A stretch of DNA of 64,000 nt from an uncultured Pseudomonadota bacterium (GCA_963770835.1 CAVYRH010000002.1:64001-128000), one strand, 5' to 3'. Numbered from the stretch's first letter, positions 9,440-19,755 are shown. A program made the numbers and translations. Notes: a model not told the origin generated them from the letters alone.

Positions 9440-11653
9440 ATGAGCACCAAATGGTGTTTCGGGCCCTTCGTTTTCGTCGTAGTACTCATGAGTTTCATTC
9501 CAGATGCCTTCGCAGCCTTGCGAGTGGATGATTTTGCGGCCAGCGGCCTAGGCGGCCGTTGGGTTTCCTATGCGGATCCCCATTCCTATGTTTCCCCTCA
9601 TCCATTTTCCCCGACGGGCGGGGGCCACGGCTCGGATCAATGTGCCCGGTTGGAATTCGAGTTGAAACAGGGTGTCCAATATCCCTTCGCGGGCATGAGC
9701 GACAGCTTCACGGCCCAAAACCTTTCCACTTACGAGGGGGTTCGCTTTTGGGCCAAGGGCCAGGGCCTTTGGAACTGCATGATCCCCATTCCCGCCACCG
9801 CCGCCGAATACAACCATTATTCCGCGCCATTCACCCCCGGGCTCGATTGGAAGCTCTACGAAATTCCCTTCTCCAAACTCAAGCAAACCTGGGGTACCTC
9901 CAAGCCCTGGGATCCCTCGGCCGTCACCGGTATCCAGTTCAGCGCCGGGACAATGGCTGGGGACAAAGGTTTCATTTGTGTGGATGAAATTGAGTTTTAC
10001 AAGAAAGGCGAGGAACGAACCAAATTCGTAGTGAACAACCCCATTCTGAAAGACCCCAAGGTCAACCAGGACGGCTACCTGCCCCAGGATGAGAAATATT
10101 TCGTTCTCAGCGAATCGGCGGGGGCTACCCAGGGCGAGGCCTTCCAAGTTCTCGACCCTGCGGAAAAAACCGCCTTTTCGGGTATTCTCCCCCTTAGCCC
10201 TAGCGACGATAACCCCTCTACGGGTGAAAAGGTCTTTCGGGTAGATTTCAGCGGCCTTACCCTTCCCGGCCGCTATACGGTTTCAGTGGGCGACTTGAAC
10301 TCACTCCCCTTCACCATCACGGGCAATCTGTACGAAAGCCTCTTCCGCGATTCCCTCCGGTGCTTTTATCTCATCCGTTGTGGTACGGCCATTGACGACA
10401 AGGTGACCGGCATCAAACACGATGCTTGCCACATGAAAGATGCGCCCTTTCAGTCCGACACCGGAAAAAGCGGAGATTTCACCGGAGGGTGGCACAACGC
10501 CGGCGACTACGGCAAATGGACCCACATGGAAGCCATCTCCTGCGCCTGGATGATGTGGCTTTACGATCTGAAATCAAAGGAGATGGCGGGGTTGCAGAAC
10601 AACATCCCGGAATCCGGAAATGGGATGTCCGACCTTTTGAACGAAGCCAAATGGGGCCTTACTTGGCTTTTAAAAATGCAGGCGCCCGACGGCGGGGTTT
10701 ATCACAAGGTGGATTCCGAAGACCACTTTTGTTTCGGCACCGGACCGGATAAAGACCCCACCGGCCGCTATCTACAGGGCGAGGGCTGCATCGACGCCGG
10801 GGACTTCACCGGCGTCATGTGCCAGGCCGCCCGGATTTATAAGGCCCTTGACCCCGCTTTTGCGGCGAAATGCCAGAATGCGGCCGTCCGTTCCTGGGCC
10901 TGGTTGGGCAAGCACCCGGATGCCCGTTTCCACGACCCCGATTATGGGGACGACGATCCTTCCCAAGAGGAACTTTGGGCCCTGGGCGAAATGGCGCGAA
11001 TGACCGGCGACAAAACCTTGGAAACCCGTTTCGCGCAGGAGGCCACCCCCAATAAGCTTCAAACTGTCTCCTGGATGACTCCCCAGTTTTTCGGTTATAT
11101 GGCCCAAGTTTGCGGAAACAATACCAGCGTGGAAGAAAAGCAAGTCATTCTAAAAGCCCTGACCAGCATCGGGGATGACTTGGTTCAAAATGCCGACTCC
11201 AACGGTTATGGGGTCTGCCTCACGCCGAACGAATATTATTGGGGCTCAAATGAAAACATCTTGAATAAGACCGGCGCTCTTTTATTCACCTACCACTTGA
11301 CGGGTGACAAGAAATATCGGGAGACCGCCCTGCGGCAGATGAACTATATCCTGGGTTTAAACAGCTTGGAGACTTCCTTCGTGACGGGCCACGGGGCAAG
11401 GGCCGAGTCCCACCCCCACCACTGGGATTACGCGACCTATCAAATCGTCATGCCGGGTTGGGTGGGTGGTGGCGCGAACCAATATCCGACAGGAGCCGAT
11501 CCGACTCTTTTGGGGCTCATAAACACCGGCACTCCCCCCGCCAAGTGCTTCTTCGACGGGCCCGGGGCTACTTCCTGGGCTTCCAACGAGGGCCAGACGG
11601 TCGAAAACGCGGCTTTGGTCTTTGACGCGGGGTATTTTGCGGCCGAGCGCTAA
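9440..11653 (+). CDS. Secreted GH9 glycoside hydrolase with N-terminal CBM11/CIA30-like and Ig-like domains
   Basis: Signal peptide; GVRFWAKG..IPFSKL CBM-like region; VNQDGY Ig domain; GGWHNAGDYGK, SFVTGHG..HPHH and SNE..ENAAL GH9 motifs. Confidence 0.85.
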   Translation: MSTKWCFGPFVFVVVLMSFIPDAFAALRVDDFAASGLGGRWVSYADPHSYVSPHPFSPTGGGHGSDQCARLEFELKQGVQYPFAGMSDSFTAQNLSTYEGVRFWAKGQGLWNCMIPIPATAAEYNHYSAPFTPGLDWKLYEIPFSKLKQTWGTSKPWDPSAVTGIQFSAGTMAGDKGFICVDEIEFYKKGEERTKFVVNNPILKDPKVNQDGYLPQDEKYFVLSESAGATQGEAFQVLDPAEKTAFSGILPLSPSDDNPSTGEKVFRVDFSGLTLPGRYTVSVGDLNSLPFTITGNLYESLFRDSLRCFYLIRCGTAIDDKVTGIKHDACHMKDAPFQSDTGKSGDFTGGWHNAGDYGKWTHMEAISCAWMMWLYDLKSKEMAGLQNNIPESGNGMSDLLNEAKWGLTWLLKMQAPDGGVYHKVDSEDHFCFGTGPDKDPTGRYLQGEGCIDAGDFTGVMCQAARIYKALDPAFAAKCQNAAVRSWAWLGKHPDARFHDPDYGDDDPSQEELWALGEMARMTGDKTLETRFAQEATPNKLQTVSWMTPQFFGYMAQVCGNNTSVEEKQVILKALTSIGDDLVQNADSNGYGVCLTPNEYYWGSNENILNKTGALLFTYHLTGDKKYRETALRQMNYILGLNSLETSFVTGHGARAESHPHHWDYATYQIVMPGWVGGGANQYPTGADPTLLGLINTGTPPAKCFFDGPGATSWASNEGQTVENAALVFDAGYFAAER

Positions 11654-11674
11654 AAACCACGGTTATGGCTTATC

Positions 11675-12880
11675 TTACACGACGTACTTCCCTTGTTTGT
11701 AATTCAGTGAAAACTTATCCCAAGGGCTCGACGATTGCCCCGTCGCCCCCGTCGGCGGCGGAACACTGTAATAAAGTCCCGAGAGGGTGCTTCCGTCCAC
11801 TTCCAACTTCAGGAACCCGTAGTTGGTGTCGTCGTAGGAATTTAAGATCAAACTGTTGCTGATGGTTTCAGGCGCCACAGGCTTGTTGCCGTTGGGGTCC
11901 GTAGCCATAGGATGCAGGTTGTGGTAGCCGCCATTTCCCATCACGATGCAAGGCACTTCCTGGCCGTTCAAGGTCCAGGTAAACCGCTGGTAATTATGAA
12001 CGTGGCCGGAAAGCATCAAATCCGGGACACGTTTGGCCTTGGAGAAGGTGTTCTGGAGCAAGGACAACATCACCGGACTTCCTGCGTGGAACTTGTCCAA
12101 TGAATAGATGGGATGGTGAAAACTCAGGATGAGCGCCTTGTTCTGGGGGGCGTTCTGCATTTCGTTGAGGAGCCAGGCTTGCTGGTCGGCGTCCACCTGG
12201 CCGTGTTCCGGGACGTTGGTATAAAGCCCCACCAGTGTGGCAAAAGGTGTATCTAGCGTCCAATAGCAATAGGGTTGGGTCATCGCCATACGTCTGGCCT
12301 CGCCCGCTTCCGGAAGAATGGAAGGAGTCGGGGCGCAAAAATTTTCCATAAAAGCCTGCAGGCTCGGGACCTGGGTTGCGGGGTCAAACTCACCGTCGTG
12401 GTTCCCCGGAATGGCGAAAATAGGGGCCGGATAATGCTCATAGGGCAGGTAGAACTGGGGAAAATATTGCGTGGACTGGCCCGTAAAGTAGACAACGTCC
12501 CCTACTAGGTACATGAAAGCGGGTTGAGCATCGTTCCCGGGATTGGTGATGTCCGTTTCCATTTCGTCCGCCACTGCCTGCTGGGGTTTGGGGTCTTGAA
12601 TGCCGCCCACATCCCCGTTGACGTGGAAGGCCATCTTGCCCGCGTTTTGGATCTGCTTCATCTGAGCCGGGGTCAGCACCGTTCCCAGGTCCATGTGAAA
12701 GTTGGAGTTGCTCGGCGGTGCTGGAAGGGGCTGGTAGCGCGTGTCTCGAACTTCCCCGGCCGGACGGGTGGGGACCCAGTTTTTGCCATTATGTCCGATC
12801 GGCCTTTTTTCGCTGAAGGTGCGCTTTGGAGTGATGGCGGAACCGGTGGATGAAGTGGAACTTTTACGCCTGGGGGGCAT
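11675..12880 (-). CDS. Calcineurin-like metallophosphoesterase (purple acid phosphatase-like)
   Basis: GDVG, GDVVY, PGNHD, HHP, SGHVHNY motifs. Confidence 0.9.
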   Translation of the reverse strand: MPPRRKSSTSSTGSAITPKRTFSEKRPIGHNGKNWVPTRPAGEVRDTRYQPLPAPPSNSNFHMDLGTVLTPAQMKQIQNAGKMAFHVNGDVGGIQDPKPQQAVADEMETDITNPGNDAQPAFMYLVGDVVYFTGQSTQYFPQFYLPYEHYPAPIFAIPGNHDGEFDPATQVPSLQAFMENFCAPTPSILPEAGEARRMAMTQPYCYWTLDTPFATLVGLYTNVPEHGQVDADQQAWLLNEMQNAPQNKALILSFHHPIYSLDKFHAGSPVMLSLLQNTFSKAKRVPDLMLSGHVHNYQRFTWTLNGQEVPCIVMGNGGYHNLHPMATDPNGNKPVAPETISNSLILNSYDDTNYGFLKLEVDGSTLSGLYYSVPPPTGATGQSSSPWDKFSLNYKQGKYVV

Positions 12881-13024
12881 GTTTTTCTCCTTGAGCGGTT
12901 AATGGATAAGCAGGGCTAACCTAGCCGGGGCCACAAGGAGGGACAAGAAAACTGTGGGTTAAATGGAAATTTCCAGTTTGTTTCTCAGGATCGGAAGTTT
13001 AAATCGGACAATAAAATGACGGTT

Positions 13025-13555
13025 TTAATCCCGTCCCAACTCAATGAGTGCACCAACAACTTTCCAAGTACGGGCCGTACCATAAACATCGAGCACCTTC
13101 TCGAAGTTGATGTTCCGTCTTTTTCCGCCCCATTCTTTGGAATACGCGTAGTAAAACACCTTGTCCCAAAAAGCGAAACGATATTCCGGTTTTTGCATTT
13201 CCATCACGGATTTTTGGTGGACCGCGTCGGGTTTCTTTGAAAGGAACATCAGTTGGCATTGTTGGTTCTTTTCAGGCTTGAAAGGATTATGGTCAGCGGC
13301 CTTTTGAAGCTGGTCTGAGGAAAATACAAAAACCTTGAGTTCCTTTCCCCAAGAGGTTTTGATGCCTTTCTCGATCTTGACCGCCAGCTTTTCCGCACTA
13401 CTTTCCTTCGACTTGAAGATGACATTTCCGCTTTGGATGTAGGTAGAAACCTCATCCAAACCGAAAGATTCGAACATTTTCTTTAAATCGGTCATCTTAA
13501 TGATCGCGTTGCCGCCTACGTTGACACCCCGTAGCAAGGCCGCATACTTAGTCAT
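13025..13555 (-). CDS. DUF1697 family protein
   Basis: YAALLRGVNVGG..IKM, TYIQSGNV and TARTW motifs. Confidence 0.9.
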   Translation of the reverse strand: MTKYAALLRGVNVGGNAIIKMTDLKKMFESFGLDEVSTYIQSGNVIFKSKESSAEKLAVKIEKGIKTSWGKELKVFVFSSDQLQKAADHNPFKPEKNQQCQLMFLSKKPDAVHQKSVMEMQKPEYRFAFWDKVFYYAYSKEWGGKRRNINFEKVLDVYGTARTWKVVGALIELGRD

Positions 13556-15110
13556 TGCTTCGCCTCAAAACCTGCCCTGGATACCGTCCAGAAAAGCTGT
13601 TTTTGAGGTCATAAACCAACTTGCCGTTCACGAAGACCATCCTGATGCCTGTGGGGGGCACCCAAGGATTAACCGCCGTGGCGTGGTCCCCCATGGTCTT
13701 GAGGTCAAACACCACCACGTCACCCCAGTACCCTTCTTTCAACAATCCCCTATCCTTCAACCCCAAGAGTTTGGCGGGTTCTTCCGTAAGCCGATTGATG
13801 GCTTCCGAAAGCCGAATCACCCGCTTATCCCGCACATAAGTGCTCAAGAGCCTTGGGAAAGCCCCCACATCGCGGGGGTGGGGGATGGTACCGCTAGAAT
13901 CCGATCCAAAAAGGATAAAGGGCGCCTGTATTTTCTTGATCAGACCTTCTTCTGAGAGCCCGTGATAGCAAATCCTGGCATATTCCCCGTTCTCCATCAA
14001 AAGGGCCAGGACCGCCTGTTCCTCTGAAATATTTCTTTGTTTGGCCATATCGGCGATCGTATCGCCCAAGAAGCTTTTGAAGGCCCTGGATTTGACCCGG
14101 GTGATTTCAATCTTGTCCCCCCCGCCGTATTCCTGCAGGCGCTTGTGGATTTGCGCGAGGATGTCGGTGGTCTTGCTGTTGGTACGGTAATAGCCCAAAT
14201 TAGCGTCTTCTGACTTCAAATAGAGGAACTGATAGAGGGGTATTTGTACTTCGTTGCCCCAGAAGTCGTAAGGATAAACCGTGGCGTAAACGGACTGGCC
14301 CCTGGCCTCGGCTTCCTCCAACAATAACAACCCGCTTTCGGTCTGGTCCCAATTGCTCGGAAGCTTGAACAAAAGATGCTGGATGACCACCGGAACCTTA
14401 TCGTCTTGGCCCAGTTGGATGGCTTCCTTGATGGCCTCTAAAACGCTCGATCGGTAATTGCGGATGTGGGTGTAATAGGTGGCATGGGGATAGTGGGAAA
14501 GAACCGAAGCCAGGTCTTCCAGTTCGGCGGGCTGGCACCACTCGCCGGGCTCGTAACCCAAGCCGCTGGAAAGGCCGAAAGCCCCAGCCTGTAATGCACC
14601 TTGGAGGAACAACTTCATGACGGCCATTTCCTGGGGCGTCGCCGGCTTTTGCTTGTTGGTCTTGACGAACCAATCGCGCAAGGTTCCCTGGCCGATAAGG
14701 GTGCCCACGTTCAAAAGGCCTGGGTACTTTTGAAGCTTCGCCAGGTTCTTATCCACATCCAGCACTGAAAAGCCGCAGTTGCCCGTGAGGCCGGTTGTGA
14801 TCCCTTCCCGGATAGCCCGCTCTTGCGCGGTGAGGGTCCAAAGAAGGTCATTATGGCGGAGAAGATCGATAAATCCTGGGGCCACCACCAAACCCGAGGC
14901 ATCCACCTCATAATCGGCCTGGGAGGGGTCTAAATGCCCGATTTTGGCGATTTTACCGCCCTCTAAGGCCACATCCGCCTGGTAGGGTGGTAAACCCGTT
15001 CCGTCCACCACCAAGCCGTTTTTGAGGAGGATGTCGTAATGGGCTTCCTCTGCGGCGATCGGAAGGGGGTGCAAAAGAAAAGAGAGAAGGAACAGCCAAG
15101 ACAGTTTCAA
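13548..15110 (-). CDS. N-acyl-D-amino-acid deacylase family amidohydrolase, probably exported
   Basis: VVDGTG, APGFID, GNCG, THIR, GSD, HPR..GAFPR, G..GDVVVFD motifs; start uncertain (TTG at 15110 with GGGAG RBS, signal-like N-terminus). Confidence 0.8.
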   Translation of the reverse strand: MKLSWLFLLSFLLHPLPIAAEEAHYDILLKNGLVVDGTGLPPYQADVALEGGKIAKIGHLDPSQADYEVDASGLVVAPGFIDLLRHNDLLWTLTAQERAIREGITTGLTGNCGFSVLDVDKNLAKLQKYPGLLNVGTLIGQGTLRDWFVKTNKQKPATPQEMAVMKLFLQGALQAGAFGLSSGLGYEPGEWCQPAELEDLASVLSHYPHATYYTHIRNYRSSVLEAIKEAIQLGQDDKVPVVIQHLLFKLPSNWDQTESGLLLLEEAEARGQSVYATVYPYDFWGNEVQIPLYQFLYLKSEDANLGYYRTNSKTTDILAQIHKRLQEYGGGDKIEITRVKSRAFKSFLGDTIADMAKQRNISEEQAVLALLMENGEYARICYHGLSEEGLIKKIQAPFILFGSDSSGTIPHPRDVGAFPRLLSTYVRDKRVIRLSEAINRLTEEPAKLLGLKDRGLLKEGYWGDVVVFDLKTMGDHATAVNPWVPPTGIRMVFVNGKLVYDLKNSFSGRYPGQVLRRSND

Positions 15111-15207
15111 ACAAGTCACTCCCAAACAAGGTATTAAGGCGCTGAAAGTATAAAAGAGCTTCAGGGGGACTTCAACAAAGGCATCTTGCTGAAAGCAAAA
15201 ATCATCA

Positions 15208-16752
15208 TCAAGAACTTTGCAGGATCGCGAGGAACCCGCCATCGTGGTCGGCGGTTGGCAGGAAGGTCATCCCCCATTCGTCCGTCAAAATCTCAGACTG
15301 ATTCCCCGGCAAGGCAGGTGACATAACCTTGTACTCCGAATGGCTCCTCAGAAAAGCCTGGATCACCTGCTGGTTTTCCTCTTTCTCCAAGGAGCAAGTG
15401 CTGTAAACAAGATAACCTTTGGGATAAAGATGGCCCTGGGCCCCTTCCAGCAGTTCCCTTTGTTGGGGCGCGTGGGTTTCAATTTCCTTCGGGATAAGTT
15501 TCCACCGCAAGTCCGCCCGGCGGGAGAGGACTCCCGTACCGGTGCAAGGCGCGTCCACCCAAATGAGGTCAAACTTCTGGGAAGGCGGCAGCTTGGCGGC
15601 CTCACCGTCATGAACCTGGACCTGTTTCAACCCCGTTCGTTTCAGGTTTTCCGCCAGTTTCTTACGCCTTTCGGAGGAAGCATCGCTGGCCATTACCTGG
15701 CCCTTTTCCCCCAGTTTCCAGGCCAGCCCCACGGTTTTGCCACCGGGTGCAGCACACATGTCCCAGGCCCTTTGGCCCTCGGAAAGGGGCAATAATTCCA
15801 ACATGGCCTGGGGCGTCCAATCCTGGACGATCCAATCCCCTTTTTGGAAACTCTCCCCAGAAAAAAGTCCGCCCTCGTGGCTTCTCAGGCTGAAAGTCCG
15901 GGCGGGCCAATCCACGGCTTGAAGTCGGATATTCTGTTTTTCCAACTCGCTCTTAACCGATTCCTCGGAACCCGGCTTGACGTGCAAATAAACAGGATGG
16001 GGCTGGTTATCGGCTTTTAATATTCTTTCCAGCCGTTCAGAGCCGAATTGTTTTTCCCACCTTTTGGTGAGCCAGGTCGGGTGGGAATATCGGAGGGCCA
16101 GGGTGTCGATATCGCTGTCACCCTGGACTAAAAAGGACTCTTTCTTGGTCTCGGCGTTCCTCAGGACGGCGTTCACAAAACCGCTCAAGGCCTCCTGCCC
16201 ACCTTTTTTAGCCAGATTGACGGATTCATGGACCGCCGCATGGGCCGGAACCCGGTCGAGGAAAAGGAGCTGATAAAGACCCAACCGCAGACTGATTTTC
16301 ACTTCCACTGGAAGTTTCTCGAAAGGGGTCTGGCAAAGCGAATTCAAGTGGTAGTCCAATAATCTCTTTTGGCGGGTACAGCCATAGACCAATTCGCGTA
16401 AAAGAGCCTCATCCTCGGGCTTGAGCCACTTCGGGTTCGCTAGGACATCCGCGATTTTAGTGCCCTTCTCAATGGAATAAAGGGCCCGGGCGGCTTCCAG
16501 GCGGGAAGGGGATATTTCATCCGGCCTTCTGGGCGGCTGATCAGCTGAGGACCTCCGATCGGGATGGTTCGACCGATTCCCCCCTTGTCCCCCTTTGATA
16601 ACCGGAGGGCGGGGAGGGGATGTTGCGTTGCCGTCACGGCGGGGTGGGCGTGGTCCATTAAGGCGGCCCTGCGGTTTACCGCCATGTCGGCTTTTTGTTG
16701 GTTTGTAACGGCCTTTTGCACGGCCACTGTTTCGTTGGGGAGTTGGGCTCAT
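15208..16752 (-). CDS. rsmB: 16S rRNA m5C967 methyltransferase RsmB
   Basis: NusB-like domain (LRLGLYQL, FVNAVLR), SHP.W, DMCAAPGGKT, DAPCTGTG, YSTCS; follows fmt. Confidence 0.92.
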   Translation of the reverse strand: MSPTPQRNSGRAKGRYKPTKSRHGGKPQGRLNGPRPPRRDGNATSPPRPPVIKGGQGGNRSNHPDRRSSADQPPRRPDEISPSRLEAARALYSIEKGTKIADVLANPKWLKPEDEALLRELVYGCTRQKRLLDYHLNSLCQTPFEKLPVEVKISLRLGLYQLLFLDRVPAHAAVHESVNLAKKGGQEALSGFVNAVLRNAETKKESFLVQGDSDIDTLALRYSHPTWLTKRWEKQFGSERLERILKADNQPHPVYLHVKPGSEESVKSELEKQNIRLQAVDWPARTFSLRSHEGGLFSGESFQKGDWIVQDWTPQAMLELLPLSEGQRAWDMCAAPGGKTVGLAWKLGEKGQVMASDASSERRKKLAENLKRTGLKQVQVHDGEAAKLPPSQKFDLIWVDAPCTGTGVLSRRADLRWKLIPKEIETHAPQQRELLEGAQGHLYPKGYLVYSTCSLEKEENQQVIQAFLRSHSEYKVMSPALPGNQSEILTDEWGMTFLPTADHDGGFLAILQSS

Positions 16753-17687
16753 GAAAGGACCACTCCTGGCTTAAAGTCAGGATGTCCTAAGGTGAAATCA
16801 AAAGCGTTCATTTTTTTCTTTCCGGGTGGTTGAATTTCGACAAGCCGAACCGCATCCATGCCAGCCGCCACCACAACGCCATGCTTGGACACTTCTAACA
16901 CCTCGCCTGGTTTGCCCTGGCGGCCCTCCAGCGATGTTTTGTGAACCTTTAGTTCCATTCCCTTCCAACTGGTTTCCGCGCCAGGCCATGGGCTTAAACC
17001 CCTTACATGGTTAAAAACACCGACAGCGGGGGATCCCCAATCCAACCGGCAAAACTCGCGCTTAATGGAAGGCGCGTAAGTGGCTTGGGAGTGGTCTTGG
17101 GGAACCCGGGGGGCCTTCCCTTCCCTCAAAAGGTTCAAAGCTTCCAGCAACCCCTCCGCACCCAGGAAAGCCAGTCGGTCATGGACTTCGCCGGTGGTTT
17201 CTTCGGGGCCAATGGGAGTTTTCTTGACCAGGAGCATATCACCTTCGTCCATCTTCTCGTTCATGTACATGATGGTCACGCCAGTCTCTTTCTCACCCGC
17301 GATGACCGCGTAATGGATGGGCGCCGCGCCCCGGTATTTCGGAAGAATTGAACCATGAATGTTAAGGCAGGCGACCTTGGGGATTTGGAGGACAACGGAC
17401 GGAAGTATCTGCCCATAGGCGGCCACCACCGTCACGTCGGGTTCGGCTTTACGGAGGGATTCCACCGCGTCCGGCGCCTTGATTTTATCGGGTTGGAATA
17501 CCACAATCCCCAGTTCTACCGCCTTGTTCTTGACGGGGGAGGCTTTTAGTTCCAAACCCCTGCCGGCGGGCTTGTCCGGCTGGGTGACGGCCAGTTGGAC
17601 GGCATAGCCCGCTGAATGGAGCGCTTGAAGCGCGGGCACGGCAAAATCCGAAGTGCCTATGAAAAGAATACGCAAAGGTTGATTCAC
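16749..17687 (-). CDS. fmt: Methionyl-tRNA formyltransferase
   Basis: VTQPDKPAGRG, VAAYGQIL, NIHGSILPKYRGAAPI, MDEGD motifs. Confidence 0.97.
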   Translation of the reverse strand: MNQPLRILFIGTSDFAVPALQALHSAGYAVQLAVTQPDKPAGRGLELKASPVKNKAVELGIVVFQPDKIKAPDAVESLRKAEPDVTVVAAYGQILPSVVLQIPKVACLNIHGSILPKYRGAAPIHYAVIAGEKETGVTIMYMNEKMDEGDMLLVKKTPIGPEETTGEVHDRLAFLGAEGLLEALNLLREGKAPRVPQDHSQATYAPSIKREFCRLDWGSPAVGVFNHVRGLSPWPGAETSWKGMELKVHKTSLEGRQGKPGEVLEVSKHGVVVAAGMDAVRLVEIQPPGKKKMNAFDFTLGHPDFKPGVVLS

Positions 17688-17754
17688 CGGGTTCCTTAGA
17701 TTGGAAAAAGCGTTGATGACGCTGGAGCCATTTTAGGGAAAAAGCTGGAAGACG

Positions 17755-18297
17755 TCATTGGTTCATCAGCGTCGTAGTCGCTCCAGAAAGCACAGTAATT
17801 CCTTTTGACAAAGGGAGCCCGGGGATAATCACTCCTGAAACCGTGGCCAGTAAAAGGCTGGGGCTTGGAGGATTTCCGTCGGAGGCGCATATCCAAACTT
17901 TCACCGACACCTGGCGGGCTCCGGTGTTGCCCCCCACCGGACTGACTTGAACCTGCCGCAAGTAACGCCAGTGGCCGTTCGCTTGTCGGTTGCCGCTTAA
18001 GGGGTCGCCAGGGTCGCTTACCGATTTATCTGTCGTCAGGTTCAAGTTGAAACTGACCCCGTCGTTAAAACTGTCGAGGATCGCCCCTCCGTAAAAGGGA
18101 TTGCTATTGGCCTGGGCTTCCAGTTCGTCCATCATTTGAAGCCCTTTGAGGCGGGCGTAGCTTTGGTCCATCTGACGGGTGATTTTACGGGCCAACACCA
18201 TCTGCATCATCACAATCGATTCAGCTAGGAAGGTTAAAATGAGTATACCGAATAAGAGCTCCACCATGCCTATTCCCTTGGCATCGAGAGTCTTCAT
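17755..18297 (-). CDS. Prepilin-type (class III signal peptide) minor pilin-like protein
   Basis: KG|IGMVELL cleavage site with Glu5 and a hydrophobic helix; C-terminal RQVSVKVW strand as in PilV/GspI-like proteins. Confidence 0.6.
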   Translation of the reverse strand: MKTLDAKGIGMVELLFGILILTFLAESIVMMQMVLARKITRQMDQSYARLKGLQMMDELEAQANSNPFYGGAILDSFNDGVSFNLNLTTDKSVSDPGDPLSGNRQANGHWRYLRQVQVSPVGGNTGARQVSVKVWICASDGNPPSPSLLLATVSGVIIPGLPLSKGITVLSGATTTLMNQ

Positions 18298-18471
18298 CGT
18301 TCACCCGGCTTGATTGAAAAAGGATTATTAACAGGGTGCTAAAAAAATGGCTTTATACCCTGTCGACAGCCACGAGCTTGGAGCGAATCGCTTCGAACCC
18401 CTTGGTTTTCAAGGGGTGATTCGCGACACCGATATGAAAAAGTCCATCTTTGGGACTTTTTCGTCCTACTG

Positions 18472-18996
18472 TCAAAGAGAAACCGTCTCTTTGAAGCTCT
18501 TCTTAAGCTGGTCGAGTTGCTTTTTGAGGAACAGGCGCTTGACGGCGGGAACCTTTTGGATGAAAAGAAGCCCGTTCATATGATCGATCTCGTGCAGGAT
18601 GCAACGGGCTAGGAGCCCCTCGTATTCGGAGACTTGTTCCTTGCCGTCCAGGTCCTGGTATTTCACCTTGACCTTGAAGGACCTCTCAATTTCCTCGCGA
18701 ACGTCGGGGATGGACAAACAGCCTTCCTCAATGGTCTCGGAGCCTTCTTCCTGTAAAACCTCCGGGTTGAACAGGACCCGGGCCTCGCCCTTATCCTCCA
18801 GGTCGTAATGCTCGTCCATGACCATCATCCGGATGGGTTCGCCGATCTGAATGGCGGCTAGGCCCACGCCGTTGGCGTTTCTCATGGTTTCAGTCATATC
18901 AGCGGCCAGTTGCTTGAATGCAGGCGCGAACTGGGTGACGGATTTGCTCTTCATTTTGAGCCTGGGATCGGGATAAAGGACGATGGGGAGAAGCAT
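18472..18996 (-). CDS. def: Peptide deformylase
   Basis: GVGLAAIQIG, EGCLS and HEIDHMNG motifs. Confidence 0.97.
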   Translation of the reverse strand: MLLPIVLYPDPRLKMKSKSVTQFAPAFKQLAADMTETMRNANGVGLAAIQIGEPIRMMVMDEHYDLEDKGEARVLFNPEVLQEEGSETIEEGCLSIPDVREEIERSFKVKVKYQDLDGKEQVSEYEGLLARCILHEIDHMNGLLFIQKVPAVKRLFLKKQLDQLKKSFKETVSL

Positions 18997-19093
18997 CTAA
19001 AAACCTCGAATATTTAAATCTTATGTAAATTATAGACTTTCAGAAGGTAAAAACAAGGTTTCCGGGCCAATAAGCTTTTATCGGGCGGAAAGC

Positions 19094-19747
19094 CTACAGC
19101 TGATATTTCTGAAGCATTTCCTTAAATTCTCCCGCCACTTTTGGGACGTTAAGGGTTTTCACAATTCCCGTTACCACCGCCACCCGGCGGGCACCCACCA
19201 TCAAAACCTCTTCCAAATTGTGCAGTTTGATTCCGCCGATGGCGAAAAAGGGGAGGCCAAGCCCGGAAGCGACAACCTGTTTGACGTAATCCAAAGTAAC
19301 CGGCGGTACGACGTTTTGCTTCGTTTGGGTGGGATAAACAGGTCCCACCCCAATGTAATCAACCCCATCCGAAACGGCTTGCTTCGCTTGGTCCATGCCA
19401 TGGGTGGAAACCCCGACTAGTTTTCCTTCCCCCAGGATTTTCCGGGCCTCGGCCACCGGCAAATCGTCCTGCCCCAAGTGCACCCCGTCCGCGTCCGATA
19501 ACCGGGCGATATCAGGCCGGTTGTTCACGATGAAGAGGGCGCTATAGGCCCGGGTCATCTTCCGCACTTGGTGGGCCATTGCCAATAACTCTGAATCGTT
19601 CAGGGAATACTCGCGCAATTGGACAATGTCCACGCCGCCCTTGAGGGCATCCTCAACGGTCGTGAGGGTATCGTGATTCTCGGAAAGTTCCTGGTCGGTT
19701 ACTAAATAAAGGCGGACTTTCGCTAAATGAGCTTTGAGGTCAGTCAT
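19094..19747 (-). CDS. thiE: Thiamine phosphate synthase
   Basis: LYLVTD, VQLRE, DGVHLGQDD, GVSTH, PTQTK, AIGGI motifs. Confidence 0.95.
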   Translation of the reverse strand: MTDLKAHLAKVRLYLVTDQELSENHDTLTTVEDALKGGVDIVQLREYSLNDSELLAMAHQVRKMTRAYSALFIVNNRPDIARLSDADGVHLGQDDLPVAEARKILGEGKLVGVSTHGMDQAKQAVSDGVDYIGVGPVYPTQTKQNVVPPVTLDYVKQVVASGLGLPFFAIGGIKLHNLEEVLMVGARRVAVVTGIVKTLNVPKVAGEFKEMLQKYQL

Positions 19748-19755
19748 GGAAGCTA

